The position numbers were made by a program, and so were the translations under genes. The notes beneath the pieces are model-generated. The model saw only the letters and a list, made by a program, of their open reading frames with translations, ran no database searches and was not told the DNA's origin. A DNA stretch of 58,864 nt, filler included. It is 5 parts of 5 records of this genome, joined end to end, with 100 filler letters (N's around TTAATTAATTAA, not from the genome) between each part and the next. Parts side by side here need not be neighbours in the genome. Positions count along the whole stretch, not along the records: positions 30,766 to 39,536 come from SRR2962707_1444; positions 39,637 to 51,020 come from SRR2962707_1446; 3 more parts are not named here. The stretch is one strand, 5' to 3'. Shown here piece by piece: positions 30,666 to 42,800 of the stretch; position 1 is the first letter of the stretch, and each line of letters starts with the position of its first letter.

Positions 30666-30765
30666 NNNNNNNNNNNNNNNNNNNNNNNNNNNNNNNNNNN
30701 NNNNNNNNNTTAATTAATTAANNNNNNNNNNNNNNNNNNNNNNNNNNNNNNNNNNNNNNNNNNNN
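30666..30765. other. Artificial contig-joining spacer
   Basis: N44-TTAATTAATTAA-N44. Confidence 0.98.
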
Positions 30766-32112
30766 AAAGGGATTCCGGTTCTGGGCATTTGTTATGGCAT
30801 GCAGACAATGGCCGAGCAGCTGGGCGGTCGTGTTGCCAGTTCCGAGAAGCGGGAGTTTGGCTATGCCCAGGTCAAAGTGCGGGCCAAGGGGCCTTTGCTG
30901 AAAGATATTACAGACCATCTCACGGCAACCGGCGAATCTTTGCTGGATGTGTGGATGAGCCATGGCGACAAGGTTGTGGTGATGCCGGAGGGCTTCGAAC
31001 TGCTGGCATCGACGGAGAGTGCGCCGATTTCGGCCATGCAGGATACGTCGCGTAACCTCTACGGCGTCCAGTTCCACCCGGAAGTGACCCATACCCTGCA
31101 GGGCAAGCGCATCCTGGAACACTTCATTCTCAACATCTGCCAGTGCGAGGCTCTGTGGACGCCAGCCAAGATTGTTGACGATGCGGTGGAACAGATCCGT
31201 AACCAGGTGGGCAGTGGCAAGGTGCTTCTGGGGCTGTCTGGTGGTGTGGATTCTTCCGTTACTGCTGCGCTGCTTCACAAAGCCATCGGCGACCAGTTGA
31301 CCTGTGTGTTCGTGGACAACGGCCTGCTACGCCTGAACGAAGGCGATCAGGTGATGGATATGTTCGCCAGCAACATGGGTGTGAAGGTTATTCGCGTTGA
31401 TGCCGAAGACCTGTTCCTGTCCAAGCTTAAAGGTGTTGATGACCCTGAGCAGAAGCGCAAGATCATTGGTAACACTTTCATTGATGTGTTCGACGAAGAA
31501 GCCGCCAATATCCGCGATGTGAATTGGCTGGCCCAAGGCACCATCTACCCGGATGTGATTGAATCTGCAGCCTCCAAGACCGGTAAAGCCCATGTCATAA
31601 AATCCCATCATAATGTGGGTGGTCTGCCGGAAACCATGAAAATGAAGCTGGTGGAGCCGTTGCGGGAACTGTTCAAGGACGAGGTGCGCCGTATTGGCCT
31701 GGAGCTTGGACTGCCTTACGACATGGTGTATCGCCATCCGTTCCCCGGGCCTGGCCTGGGCGTGCGGATTCTGGGTGAAGTGAAGAAGGAATACGCCGAA
31801 ATCCTCCGGCGGGCTGACGCTATTTTCCTGGAAGAGTTGCACCGTGCTGACTTTTACCACAAAACCAGTCAGGCATTTGCGGTCTTCCTGCCCGTCAAAT
31901 CGGTTGGAGTGGTAGGTGATGCCCGACGCTATGAATACGTGGTGGCATTGCGCGCAGTGGAAACCATCGATTTCATGACCGCCCGTTGGGCACACCTGCC
32001 GTACGATCTGCTGGAAACGGTATCCAATCGCATCATCAATGAAATTGAAGGTGTGTCCCGGGTAACCTACGACGTTTCCTCCAAGCCGCCGGCAACCATC
32101 GAGTGGGAGTGA
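30766..32112 (+). CDS. guaA: GMP synthase (glutamine-hydrolysing), 5'-truncated
   Basis: Open from contig start [33 protein letters not shown] and KPPATIEWE. Confidence 0.98.
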   Translation, partial: KGIPVLGICYGMQTMAEQLGGRVASSEKREFGYAQVKVRAKGPLLKDITDHLTATGESLLDVWMSHGDKVVVMPEGFELLASTESAPISAMQDTSRNLYGVQFHPEVTHTLQGKRILEHFILNICQCEALWTPAKIVDDAVEQIRNQVGSGKVLLGLSGGVDSSVTAALLHKAIGDQLTCVFVDNGLLRLNEGDQVMDMFASNMGVKVIRVDAEDLFLSKLKGVDDPEQKRKIIGNTFIDVFDEEAANIRDVNWLAQGTIYPDVIESAASKTGKAHVIKSHHNVGGLPETMKMKLVEPLRELFKDEVRRIGLELGLPYDMVYRHPFPGPGLGVRILGEVKKEYAEILRRADAIFLEELHRADFYHKTSQAFAVFLPVKSVGVVGDARRYEYVVALRAVETIDFMTARWAHLPYDLLETVSNRIINEIEGVSRVTYDVSSKPPATIEWE

Positions 32113-32122
32113 CCGGTATGCT

Positions 32123-32158
32123 GGTCGGGTTGGTCAGTTAATTCTGACCAACCCGACC
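32123..32158. terminator. Perfect 15-bp inverted repeat between convergent genes (possible terminator)
   Basis: GGTCGGGTTGGTCAG-TTAATT-CTGACCAACCCGACC; no clear U-tract. Confidence 0.45.
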
Positions 32159-33345
32159 TGATTGGTGCTGCTTTGATGGATTAGCAGGTTTTCTTCTTCA
32201 GTCACCCAAACATTGCGAATGATCCCAACTCCCGAGGGAATGGCCCAGCTTTGAAAGGTCTCGGCTTTCGGGTCGAATCTGACGAGTGCATCAGGTCGCA
32301 TGCCCGATTCGTTGTACCAGATAATGTCGTCGATGACGGCCAATGCGTAAGGATGAGAGTCCGTGCCGCTGGGGGAATCCCATTCGGTGATTGCGCCGGT
32401 ATCCGGGTTCAGTCGGCCGATTTTTCCCCTCGTTGAATTGACGTACCAAACGTTGCCTTGGCTATCCAGGTCAAGTCGACGTACTCGGGTTCGTTTATCC
32501 GGCAGGTTGTAATAACGAACCTCCATAGTGTTCGGGTTCATGGCGCCAATCTTGTTCGTGCCATTGTAGGCAATCCAAACGGTGCCGTTGGAATCTACCT
32601 TGATTCCATAGGGCCTGGCTTCAGTGTTCACTTCCTTCAATACACCGGTTTCAGGATCCAGTCGGCCCAGCATGGCCGCGTGCTGAGCCGTGAAATACAG
32701 GTTGCCGTTGGGATGAAACACGGCAGAGTGAGGGTCTTTGGCCTGCGTTTCATATTCAGTGATATTGCCGGTGTCCGGATTCAACTTCCCGATAGTGGCG
32801 TTGCTGTTTCCGGTGTACCAGATGTTGCCATCCTCATCAGGGACAATGGAGTGTGGCCGGGCTGATGGCGGTAAATTGTATTCTTTCATTTCGCCAGTAT
32901 TCGGGTTCAGTTCTCCAACCAGGCTCGCCCACATACCTGTCCACCAGATAGAGCCGTCTGGTGCTTCAATCGGGTCCCGAGTGCGCTGACCAAGGGTAGG
33001 TGTTGTCCATTCGGTAATCTCAATGTCGACGTTTCCCGGAACCAGTGTTGGTCGCCTGCTGGGGTCTTCCGGAAAGTGTTGGGCCAGATAATTGGCGATC
33101 CTGGTGGCCTGCTCATCCTGCAGGTCAATCATGGTAGAGAAAACCCGTCGCCACTCTTCGGGTGAGCTATAGCCAGCTGAGCGCTTGATGGTGGAGACGC
33201 CATGGCAGGCCGTGCAGGCTTTCTCAACCAATGCTTTGCCGGCACCTTCCGGTAGTGAAGATTGCAAATTGTTTTGCGCAAGGGAGGCTTGCGTGGTGCC
33301 GAGTAGAACGACGACTGCAGCTGTCAGGGATGCAGGTAGGCTCAT
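32134..33345 (-). CDS. Secreted cytochrome c domain fused to Vgb (virginiamycin B lyase)-like beta-propeller
   Basis: Signal peptide, LPEGAGKALVEKACTACH heme motif, then repeats of type PHSIVPDEDGNIWYT..IGKLNPDTG. AGGAG RBS before ATG 33345 (alternative start 33363). Confidence 0.85.
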   Translation of the reverse strand: MSLPASLTAAVVVLLGTTQASLAQNNLQSSLPEGAGKALVEKACTACHGVSTIKRSAGYSSPEEWRRVFSTMIDLQDEQATRIANYLAQHFPEDPSRRPTLVPGNVDIEITEWTTPTLGQRTRDPIEAPDGSIWWTGMWASLVGELNPNTGEMKEYNLPPSARPHSIVPDEDGNIWYTGNSNATIGKLNPDTGNITEYETQAKDPHSAVFHPNGNLYFTAQHAAMLGRLDPETGVLKEVNTEARPYGIKVDSNGTVWIAYNGTNKIGAMNPNTMEVRYYNLPDKRTRVRRLDLDSQGNVWYVNSTRGKIGRLNPDTGAITEWDSPSGTDSHPYALAVIDDIIWYNESGMRPDALVRFDPKAETFQSWAIPSGVGIIRNVWVTEEENLLIHQSSTNQVGLVRIN

Positions 33346-33660
33346 GAGAACGACTCCTGTCATTCGGGAAGACCTTTATTGTAATCGTACGTCACGATGC
33401 TGTGGACATTGTGAGGTAATGAAAGTTCCGGGTTGGCGTGCTTTTACTCTAAACTGAATGCCAGGCAATGATGAAATCTGCTGAATAGACGCGAATTCAG
33501 GTATTCGCGCACTCGTTTCCAACTTTGGTAATATGTCGCCTGGTTGATGATGGTACAAATTATGCCGCCTCAGATATTGTTGCTGCACCCTTTAGTCATC
33601 CCTCAATAAATCTTTTGTTTTAATAGGTTGCATACCCCGTTTTGTCGAGCGCTGACGTGA

Positions 33661-34191
<531 letters not shown>

Positions 34192-34200
34192 CGATCGATC

Positions 34201-35184
34201 ATGAAAGTTCTGGTAACCGGCGGAGCCGGGTATATAGGTAGTCATGTCGTAAGGCAACTGGGCGAAGCCGGACACGACATTGTTGTTTTCGATAACCTGT
34301 CCACCGGATACCGTTGGGCGGTCACCTGTGGTGAGCTTGTGATCGGAGACCTCTCCGATGAACAGGCCATTGCGGACCTTTTCAGCCAGCACCGCTTTGA
34401 AGCCGTGCTGCATTTCGCCGCCAATATCGTGGTGCCGGAATCGGTCGAGAACCCCCTCAAGTACTACAGCAACAATACCCGTAACACGCTGAATTTGCTG
34501 AAGGCAGTAGAAGAACACCAGGTACCTTACATGGTGTTTTCGTCGACGGCTGCCGTTTATGGCATGCCAGAGGAAACCGTACTGACGGAAGATCTTCCGC
34601 TGGCGCCGATCAATCCCTATGGCGCCTCAAAGATGATGAGCGAGCGGATGATCATGGATCTGGCTGCCGCGTCATCCCTCAATTACGTGATCCTGCGTTA
34701 CTTCAACGTAGCTGGGGCCAATCCGGACGGTTTGCTGGGTCAGGCAACGCCTGAAGCTACGCACCTGATCAAGGTTGCGTGTGAGTGTGTGACGGGCAAG
34801 CGCGATGGCATGAGCGTGTTTGGCACCGACTACGACACCCGTGACGGTACCTGCATCCGCGACTACATCCACGTGGAAGACCTGGCCAAGGCTCATGTGA
34901 TGGCGTTGGAGTATATGGCCGGTGGAGGTGAGTCACGGGTGCTGAACTGTGGCTACGGGCGTGGGTTTACCGTCCGCGAAGTTATTGATGTGGTCAAGCG
35001 CCAGTCAGGCAACGACTTTCCGGTGCAGGAAACCGGCCGTCGGGCAGGGGACCCAGCCGCGCTGATGGCTGACAACTCGCGAATCAAAAAGGTACTGGGC
35101 TGGCAGCCGGATTACGACGACCTGGATACCATCGTCGGCACAGCCCTGGCCTGGGAAAAGATCTGGCAGGATAAGCAAGCCTGA
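34201..35184 (+). CDS. galE: UDP-glucose 4-epimerase
   Basis: GGAGYIGSH, FSSTAAVYG, YGASK, LRYFNVAGA and DGTCIRDYIHV. Confidence 0.96.
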   Translation: MKVLVTGGAGYIGSHVVRQLGEAGHDIVVFDNLSTGYRWAVTCGELVIGDLSDEQAIADLFSQHRFEAVLHFAANIVVPESVENPLKYYSNNTRNTLNLLKAVEEHQVPYMVFSSTAAVYGMPEETVLTEDLPLAPINPYGASKMMSERMIMDLAAASSLNYVILRYFNVAGANPDGLLGQATPEATHLIKVACECVTGKRDGMSVFGTDYDTRDGTCIRDYIHVEDLAKAHVMALEYMAGGGESRVLNCGYGRGFTVREVIDVVKRQSGNDFPVQETGRRAGDPAALMADNSRIKKVLGWQPDYDDLDTIVGTALAWEKIWQDKQA

Positions 35185-35234
35185 GGCTGCTTGTTTTTGT
35201 GCTTTAAACAAATTCAATTTCAGGGTTTTGGCGG

Positions 35235-36578
35235 ATGAAGATTACTATTTTTGGGACCGGTTACGTCGGGCTAGTGACGGGCGCCTGTCTGGCCGATGTG
35301 GGTCATCACGTTCTGTGTATGGATGTGGATCAGGGCAAGATTGATAAGCTTAGGAACGGCCATATACCGATTTATGAGCCTGGCCTCGAGTCCATCGTAA
35401 AGCATACGGTCGAGGCGGGCCGCCTGGCGTTCACCACCGATACCCAAGAAGCCGTGGCCCATGGGTCTCTGCAGTTCATTGCAGTGGGTACACCGCCTGA
35501 TGAAGACGGTTCCGCCGACCTGCAGTATGTGACCGCCGTGGCGCGCTCCATTGGCCAGTATATGGATGACTACAAGGTGGTGGTGGACAAGTCCACCGTG
35601 CCGGTTGGTACTGGCGACAGGGTCAAGGCTGCGGTGCGCTCCGAGCTGGACAAACGCGGGCTGGAGCTGGACTTCGATGTAGTGTCCAACCCTGAGTTTC
35701 TTAAGGAAGGCGCGGCCATTACCGATTTCATGAAGCCCGACCGCATTATCGTTGGCACCGACAGTGAGCGGGCCAAAGAGTTGCTGCATGAGGTCTACTA
35801 CCCGTTCAATCGTAGCCACGACCGCATGATTTTCATGGACATCCGGTCTGCGGAACTGACCAAGTACGCAGCCAACTCCATGCTGGCCACCAAGATCAGT
35901 TTCATGAATGAAATAGCCAACCTGGCGGAGCGTTTGGGGGCCGATATAGAAAATGTGCGTCGTGGCATTGGTTCCGACCCCCGCATCGGCTACCACTTTA
36001 TTTACCCGGGTTGCGGTTACGGCGGCTCCTGTTTCCCGAAAGATGTGCAGGCATTGACCCGCACAGCCAGGGATTGTGACTACGACTCCCGCCTGTTGAA
36101 CGCCGTGGAAGCCGTGAACAATGCCCAGAAGCACGTGTTGTTCGACAAGATCAGTCATTACTTCGGTGGCAACCTGAAGGGCAAGGTCGTCGCGATCTGG
36201 GGGTTGGCATTCAAGCCCAACACCGACGATATGCGTGAAGCATCGTCCCGAGCCCTGATGCAGGATCTCTGGAAGGCCGGAGCGAGCGTGCAGGCCTTTG
36301 ACCCGGAAGCCATGGAAGAGACCCAGCGTATCTTTGGCGATCAGCCAGGGTTAACCCTGTGCGGCACCAAGGAGCAGGCGCTGAAAGGGGCCGATGTGCT
36401 GGCCATCTGTACCGAGTGGAAGGAGTTCCGCTCTCCGGATTTCGAAGCCATAGCCGCAAACCTGAAGGAGCCTGTCGTGTTTGACGGGCGCAACCTGTAC
36501 GAACCTGAAATGCTTGAGCGCCACGGTATGATCTACTACGCCATTGGCCGTGGCCGGAACCAGTTCCACGGAGATTAA
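35235..36578 (+). CDS. ugd: UDP-glucose 6-dehydrogenase
   Basis: [32 protein letters not shown] and [10 protein letters not shown]. Confidence 0.96.
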   Translation: MKITIFGTGYVGLVTGACLADVGHHVLCMDVDQGKIDKLRNGHIPIYEPGLESIVKHTVEAGRLAFTTDTQEAVAHGSLQFIAVGTPPDEDGSADLQYVTAVARSIGQYMDDYKVVVDKSTVPVGTGDRVKAAVRSELDKRGLELDFDVVSNPEFLKEGAAITDFMKPDRIIVGTDSERAKELLHEVYYPFNRSHDRMIFMDIRSAELTKYAANSMLATKISFMNEIANLAERLGADIENVRRGIGSDPRIGYHFIYPGCGYGGSCFPKDVQALTRTARDCDYDSRLLNAVEAVNNAQKHVLFDKISHYFGGNLKGKVVAIWGLAFKPNTDDMREASSRALMQDLWKAGASVQAFDPEAMEETQRIFGDQPGLTLCGTKEQALKGADVLAICTEWKEFRSPDFEAIAANLKEPVVFDGRNLYEPEMLERHGMIYYAIGRGRNQFHGD

Positions 36579-36579
36579 T

Positions 36580-37020
36580 ATGAGTGGGGCGGAGTCGCCG
36601 TTTGTTCTGCACGAGCGTCTGGAAGCTGACACAGTCAGCCTCGGACAGAGCAAGCTGTGTGAAATTCGGCTGATGAACGACAGCAACTGGCCCTGGATCC
36701 TTCTGGTACCAAGGGTTGGCAGTGTGCGGGAGATCTATCAGCTGGCTCCGGAGCAACAGCGGCAGCTGCTGGCGGAATCGTCCCTTCTTGGGGAGGGCAT
36801 GATGGAATTGTTCGGTGGGGATAAGCTCAATGTTGCGGCGTTGGGTAACATGGTGCCGCAACTTCACCTTCATCATATCGTGCGTTTTGACGGCGACTCT
36901 GCCTGGCCGGGCCCGGTCTGGGGCAAACTTCCGCCGAAACCCTACAGTGTCAGCGATCTGGCCAGAATAAGCGAACAACTGAAGCCGTTGCTGGGTCGGC
37001 TCTCGCAAATAGTGGCGTAG
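36580..37020 (+). CDS. HIT-family protein
   Basis: FVLHERL, WPWILLVPR and GNMVPQLHLHHIVR. Confidence 0.9.
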   Translation: MSGAESPFVLHERLEADTVSLGQSKLCEIRLMNDSNWPWILLVPRVGSVREIYQLAPEQQRQLLAESSLLGEGMMELFGGDKLNVAALGNMVPQLHLHHIVRFDGDSAWPGPVWGKLPPKPYSVSDLARISEQLKPLLGRLSQIVA

Positions 37021-37047
37021 CAATCTCTTCCGGCAAAACCGGGTAGC

Positions 37048-37677
37048 TTAGCGTTTGTGCCGGGCGATGGTGCGTGATCCAACGAGGATCATCCTGAGCT
37101 CGGTTTTCAGTTTGTCCTTCAAGGCTTCCTTTTCCGGTGGTGTTGCGTCAAGCGCCTCGGCGCCTTGGTTGAACACCAGTGTCACCATGGCGTCCGCTAC
37201 CAGTTTGGAGTCGGATAGGGGGCGATTCTCTTCATCCGCGATGCGCGCCAGATCTGCAGCCAGTTCGGTCACAAAGTGGTCGATTTCAGCTTTGATGGCG
37301 GTGCGGAAGGGTTTTGATACCCCGGTGCTTTCCCTCAGCATCAGACGAAACAGATTGGAGTTGTTGCCAAGATACTCCATGAAGGTGTCCACCGAGGTGC
37401 TGATGGCGCTGCCGTTTCGTGCAATTCGCTTGCGTGCCTGGCGCATGAGTTGTCGCAGGGCGACACCGCCTTCGTCCACCAGGGCAAGCCCCAGCTCGTC
37501 AAGCTCGGAAAAGTGCCGGTAGAACGATGTCGGTGCAATGCCAGCTTCTCTTGCCACTTCCCGCAGGCTCAGGCTGCCAAAGCCCCGGTCCGCACTGAGT
37601 TGAGCAAGGGCGGCGTCCATCAGGGCACGGCGAGTGCGGAGTTTCTGTTCGGCTCGGGCTGACAAGGGCGGCTCCAT
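37048..37677 (-). CDS. fabR: TetR-family regulator FabR
   Basis: RAEQKLRTRRAL..LSLREVAREAGIAPTSFYRHF..LRQLMRQARKR. Confidence 0.9.
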   Translation of the reverse strand: MEPPLSARAEQKLRTRRALMDAALAQLSADRGFGSLSLREVAREAGIAPTSFYRHFSELDELGLALVDEGGVALRQLMRQARKRIARNGSAISTSVDTFMEYLGNNSNLFRLMLRESTGVSKPFRTAIKAEIDHFVTELAADLARIADEENRPLSDSKLVADAMVTLVFNQGAEALDATPPEKEALKDKLKTELRMILVGSRTIARHKR

Positions 37678-37847
37678 AGGGCGGTAAATCGGCCCATTCT
37701 AGCGGCCAAATGTTTTACCGTCACCCACGGTGATGGAAGCCTGATTTTCCCGTTCATTGTGTTTATAATGGGCCGCTTTTGCAGTAGGGTCCGCCAGAAC
37801 CATTTTTGCAAACTTTTACGCACACATCAGATACAACGGGAACCGGT

Positions 37848-39536
37848 ATGCGCAGTCATTATTGCGGTGGAATCAACGAATCTCACATCGATCAGGAAGT
37901 TACTCTTTGCGGTTGGGTTCATCGTCGCCGCGATCACGGCGGGGTGATCTTTCTGGACCTTCGCGATCGGGACGGAATTTCCCAGGTCGTGTTCGATCCG
38001 GATACCCCAGAGAGCTTCAATCTGGCGGAGAAAGTCCGCAGTGAATTCGTTATTCAGGTGACCGGCCGTGTGCGCCGTCGTCCCGCTGGTACCGAAAACG
38101 CCAACATGCCGACGGGGCAGGTGGAGCTGCTGGGTAAGCAGTTATCCATCCTGAATGCCGCTGCAACGCCTCCGTTCCCGCTGGATGAGCATGTAGATGT
38201 CGGTGAAGACGTTCGCCTGAAGTATCGCTTTGTGGACCTGCGTCGCCCGGAAATGCTGAACCGTCTGCGTTTCCGTTCCAGGGTGACCAGCTACATTCGC
38301 AACTTTCTGGATAGCAACGGCTTTATGGATGTGGAGACGCCTATCCTGACCCGCGCCACGCCGGAAGGCGCACGTGACTACCTGGTGCCAAGCCGCACCC
38401 ATGAAGGCTCCTTCTTTGCGCTTCCCCAGTCCCCGCAGCTTTTCAAGCAATTGCTGATGGTGTCCGGTGTGGATCGCTATTACCAGATCGCCAAGTGTTT
38501 CCGCGACGAAGACCTGCGTGCCGACCGCCAGCCGGAGTTCACGCAGATTGACATTGAGGCCTCGTTCATCGACGAGGAGACCTTGATGACCCTGAACGAG
38601 AACATGATTCGTTCGCTGTTCAAGGATGTGCTGGAAGTGGATCTGCCTGAATTCCCGCGCATGCCGTATGCCGAGGCAATGCAGCGTTATGGCAGCGACA
38701 AGCCGGACCTGCGTATCCCGCTTGAGCTGGTTGACGTGGGTGATCTGGTTGCGGGCGTTGACTTCAAGGTGTTTGCCGGTCCGGCTAATGACCCCAAGGG
38801 CCGCGTAGCAGCACTACGTGTTCCGAAGGGCGGCGAGCTGACCCGCAAACAGATCGACGACTACACCAAGTACGTGAGTATCTACGGTGCCAAGGGGCTG
38901 GCCTACATCAAGGTCAATGATACGTCCAAGGGCGTTGAAGGCCTGCAGTCGCCGATCATCAAATTCCTGGGTGACGATGTTGCGCAGGCTGTCATCGAGC
39001 GCTCCGGTGCGGAAGATGGCGATATCGTGTTTTTCGGCGCCGATAAGACCAACGTCGTCAACGAAGCTCTGGGCGCGCTCCGCATCAAGGTCGGCCACGA
39101 CCTGAACATGCTGACCTCCGAGTGGGCGCCGCTGTGGGTGGTGGACTTCCCGATGTTCGAGGAAACATCTGACGGAAGCCTGACTGCGATTCACCATCCG
39201 TTCACGGCGCCATCCTGTTCTAGTGACGAGCTGGAAGCGTCGCCGGCGACGGCATTGTCCCGCGCCTACGACATGGTGCTGAATGGCACCGAACTCGGTG
39301 GCGGTTCCATCCGTATTCACGACGAAAAAATGCAGGAAAGCGTGTTCCGTACCCTGGGTATTGAGCACGAAGAAGCACGAGCCAAGTTCGGGTTCCTGCT
39401 GGATGCGCTGAAATACGGTTGCCCTCCCCATGGTGGCCTGGCGTTTGGTCTGGACCGGTTGATCATGCTGATGACAGGCGCCAGTTCCATCCGTGATGTG
39501 ATTGCGTTCCCGAAAACCCAGAGCGCCACCTGTCTG
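37848..39536 (+). CDS. aspS: Aspartate-tRNA ligase, 3'-truncated
   Basis: [38 protein letters not shown] and [12 protein letters not shown]. Confidence 0.98.
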
Positions 39537-39636
39537 NNNNNNNNNNNNNNNNNNNNNNNNNNNNNNNNNNNNNNNNNNNNTTAATTAATTAANNNNNNNN
39601 NNNNNNNNNNNNNNNNNNNNNNNNNNNNNNNNNNNN
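39537..39636. other. Artificial contig-joining spacer
   Basis: N44-TTAATTAATTAA-N44. Confidence 0.98.
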
Positions 39637-39800
39637 GGATGGATGGATGGATTGATTGATTGATTGATGGGTGGGTGAGTGGATGGATGGATGCTTTGGT
39701 AGATTGTTGGTTTGCTGGTTTGCTTGTTGTTTGCTTGTTGGATTGATCAATGGATGGATGGATGGATGGGCTGATTACTTGCGTGATTGATTGATGGATT
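39637..39800. repeat. Compound tetranucleotide microsatellite (GGAT/GATT/GTTT), probably intronic
   Basis: Visible repeats followed by an acceptor-like TTTGCTCAG ending at 39829. Confidence 0.85.
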
Positions 39801-39829
39801 GAACGCACGGTGTGGATGGTTTTGCTCAG

Positions 39830-42800
39830 GGCTCAGAATTAATCCGGCGCATATCTCGTGCCAAATGAGACTGGAAAAGCTGTTGGAATTCATGGACGAC
39901 GCCGTTGCTGTGTCACAGTTGCCCCGAACTTCGTCGGGTGTTCTTGGTCACCATCGAGCCGCTGTTTTGCGCAGCGCCGTGCCAGCACCGTTGGAGGATC
40001 TTTCCTCTGACTTAGGAGCTCGCCCAACATCCGCCTGTACGCCATGGTCGAGCCTCGGCCCACGGAAGGTCTGCGTTGTCGTGGGCGGCGCAACAACTGA
40101 TTGCAGGAAATGTGGATGGTACAGTCTGGTTTCGGGATGCTCCTCTTTGCTGGCCGGATTGACTTCCGAATCCAAAGGCTTGCCGGGAGAATCAGCAGTT
40201 TGCCGAGCATTGACATTTGAGTTTTGTGAAGCGGAGTCCGACGCAAGCCCGCCTCCCCATGAAATAGTTGACCCACAACATATCACCGAGCGTGACATGC
40301 AAACGAATAACGAAGCTAGGCCAGCCAACTCCGCAACTATTGAAAGTGAGCAGAACGGTGCGCTGCACGCAGTCGCTGTGCCCACAAGTAAAAAGAATGA
40401 CGTCCAGCCAACACCAACGACCGCGGGAACTGAACAGGAGGGTGTCACAACAACAGCTCCCGCCCACAAGTCAGGCGTGTCGAGGGATCGCACCGAAGCT
40501 GACACAGCGACAAGTACCCCGATCGATTCGCCTCGAGGATCGACGAAACGCAAAAAGGTTGGCTACTGCACGTGTTTCGCAACCCTTGGCAATGCGCGCT
40601 CCACGTATGTTCAACACTGCGTGCGTCACGATTGCTCTTTGGTTCTCTGGGTCTCTCGTATCAATTGCGTCAACAATGTGGAAGAGTTCTCAGGATACGC
40701 CTAGTAGGCGCGTATCTGCCCGACATCGAGCCAAACAGGTACGAGGCGCTTTTCGTGAGCCGGCGTCAATTATTGATTCGTTGACGTTTGATGTGCGTTT
40801 GAATCATGTGCTTCGATGCCTGACCATCGTTTCCGTCGTTTGTTTCCACCTATTATCACCTAAAGGCTGAAGAAGCAGAGCGCGCGCGTGAAGAGGTTAG
40901 GCAGCCATCGCAGTCGTTCACATGTAACTCCCAACCAATACGCATGACTTTGATGTCTAATTCTATGGGGTATGTTGTAGTCTCGGCGCAACAATCTGGA
41001 AGCAATTCTCGAGTTACTCGTTTTGCCACCTGCTGCCCTGTCACATTCAATGAAATTGAGCGAAGCCCAACGTGACGAAGCACTCCGCAGCCAAGACCCT
41101 CTTTGCATGGGTCGGTTGGACTGCGCAATGACTTTTATGAGGTGTCTGTTGTCTTCCTAGCAACTTCATTTCATTCCAGCTGACAAACTGGTGCTTTCAG
41201 GTGATGTGACCGCTGGGGCGTACGTTAACCGCAGCGAACGATCTGACGCAATGACTTCTACAATGGCGGCTGTTGAAGACACGAGGACCATTAGCCAACG
41301 GTTCTTTGATGTTCGAATGCACGAACGCAGACGACGGGTGAGCGATCACACTAGCAAACAGCCCAAATCAGCATCCGTGCCCGAAACGAGCGTGGCAGAA
41401 ACCATGAATTTGGACCTAAGAACTTTTGCGCGAGCCGTGCAAGAAAACAATTTTGGGCCTGGCAATGTTTTGGCGACGTTTCTTTGCAGTGCCACAGCAC
41501 ACGTTGGGGAGTTCGAAGCGCCCGAACCAGTTGCCGATGGCGACGTAGTTGACGAACCGCGCGAAAGGTCAGCTCCATCGCGGCATAGACATCAAGGATT
41601 AGGACTTTCATACTCAAGTCTTGAACATTTTGCTGGTTAGTAAATGGGTTCAACGTCGGTGCATGTATTGCCTCTGGACAGCAATACAACCTCTTTATTT
41701 GAACTCCAACGCGTCTTGTTTTGTGCTAGGCCATGCAGCGTTCCCAGGCGCTCGCGGTGTTCAGTCGGACATATGCGCAAGTAACGTTGCGTTGCATCAC
41801 GCAAACGGAGGAGATATAAAAAGAATGCGCACAAGTCACAGTGTGCAAGCAACTTTTAGCAATGAAACGCCTAATACAAACGAGACTGACGTCGCTGCAT
41901 ACTTCGCTTGGCAGAGGAGCAAATCTCAATCTCACAATCAGTCAAGCACTTCGGCGGATGACGTTGAAGCTAACCATGATGAAACTGCGTCTTCAGCAAT
42001 GGAGAAGAGATCAACAGGTTCAAGTCGCGAGGCGCAAGTTGATGCTTTCTCGCCGGCTAACATAGGCCTTACTGTTTCGTCGGGTGGAATTGCGCCGCGC
42101 AAACGTGCGGCAGTAGCGTTCAATGGGTCAGGATCACCAAACGTGTACGCTGACAGGCGATTGGCGAAAGGGCGATTCTTTGTGGGATCTACCGCACAGG
42201 CCCGCAATTTTTTTTGTCTCGAGCACTTGTTCGAGGAGACGCATGCGACCTTGCCCATTGCAGCTGACACGTAAGTCGATCGTTCACTTGTTGTGAAGCC
42301 CTGTTGACATTTTCCCGGCTTCATTACACTGTCTGCTATTTTGGCGCAGGCGGCCTCGATTCCCAGGCGGTGCAGTCGTACAGCAGCTGCAGAAATATGT
42401 TTGCAGAAACAATGTCCACGCCGCTTCACCGCAACCCGTGTGGCTGAGCACGGGACGACCGCATGGGCGCAAAGCAGTTACAAGCGCAGTGTCCCTGATG
42501 CTCGCAAGCTACCGTTCGCATCTTTCAATTCGAGAAAGGCTTGCGTTGGCAGATGCGGTTCTCCTCGCAGCCGCGGATGCTCGATCTCTGTTAACGCTGG
42601 ACAATAAGGAACTCAATCCTCGTATTCTGCTTGCCTGCGCAGAATGTTTGCTGTTTCGAGCAACGGTCGTCAAGAAAGGGCGACTTCCGTCGCGTGCACG
42701 GTTGATCCCTTTGAATGGAGAGTCGCCGAGCACCTTCGCTGAAGATGACTCTATTGATCGTGATAGCCGACTCACAGGAGTGCGGCGGGCAAAGGAATTT

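Noticed and set aside
32134..33345. Streptogramin resistance gene vgb
   Set aside because: The signal peptide and heme domain are unlike true Vgb; only the fold family is supported.
39637..39800. Telomeric repeat
   Set aside because: Mixed tetranucleotide microsatellite directly upstream of a splice acceptor, not a uniform telomere unit.
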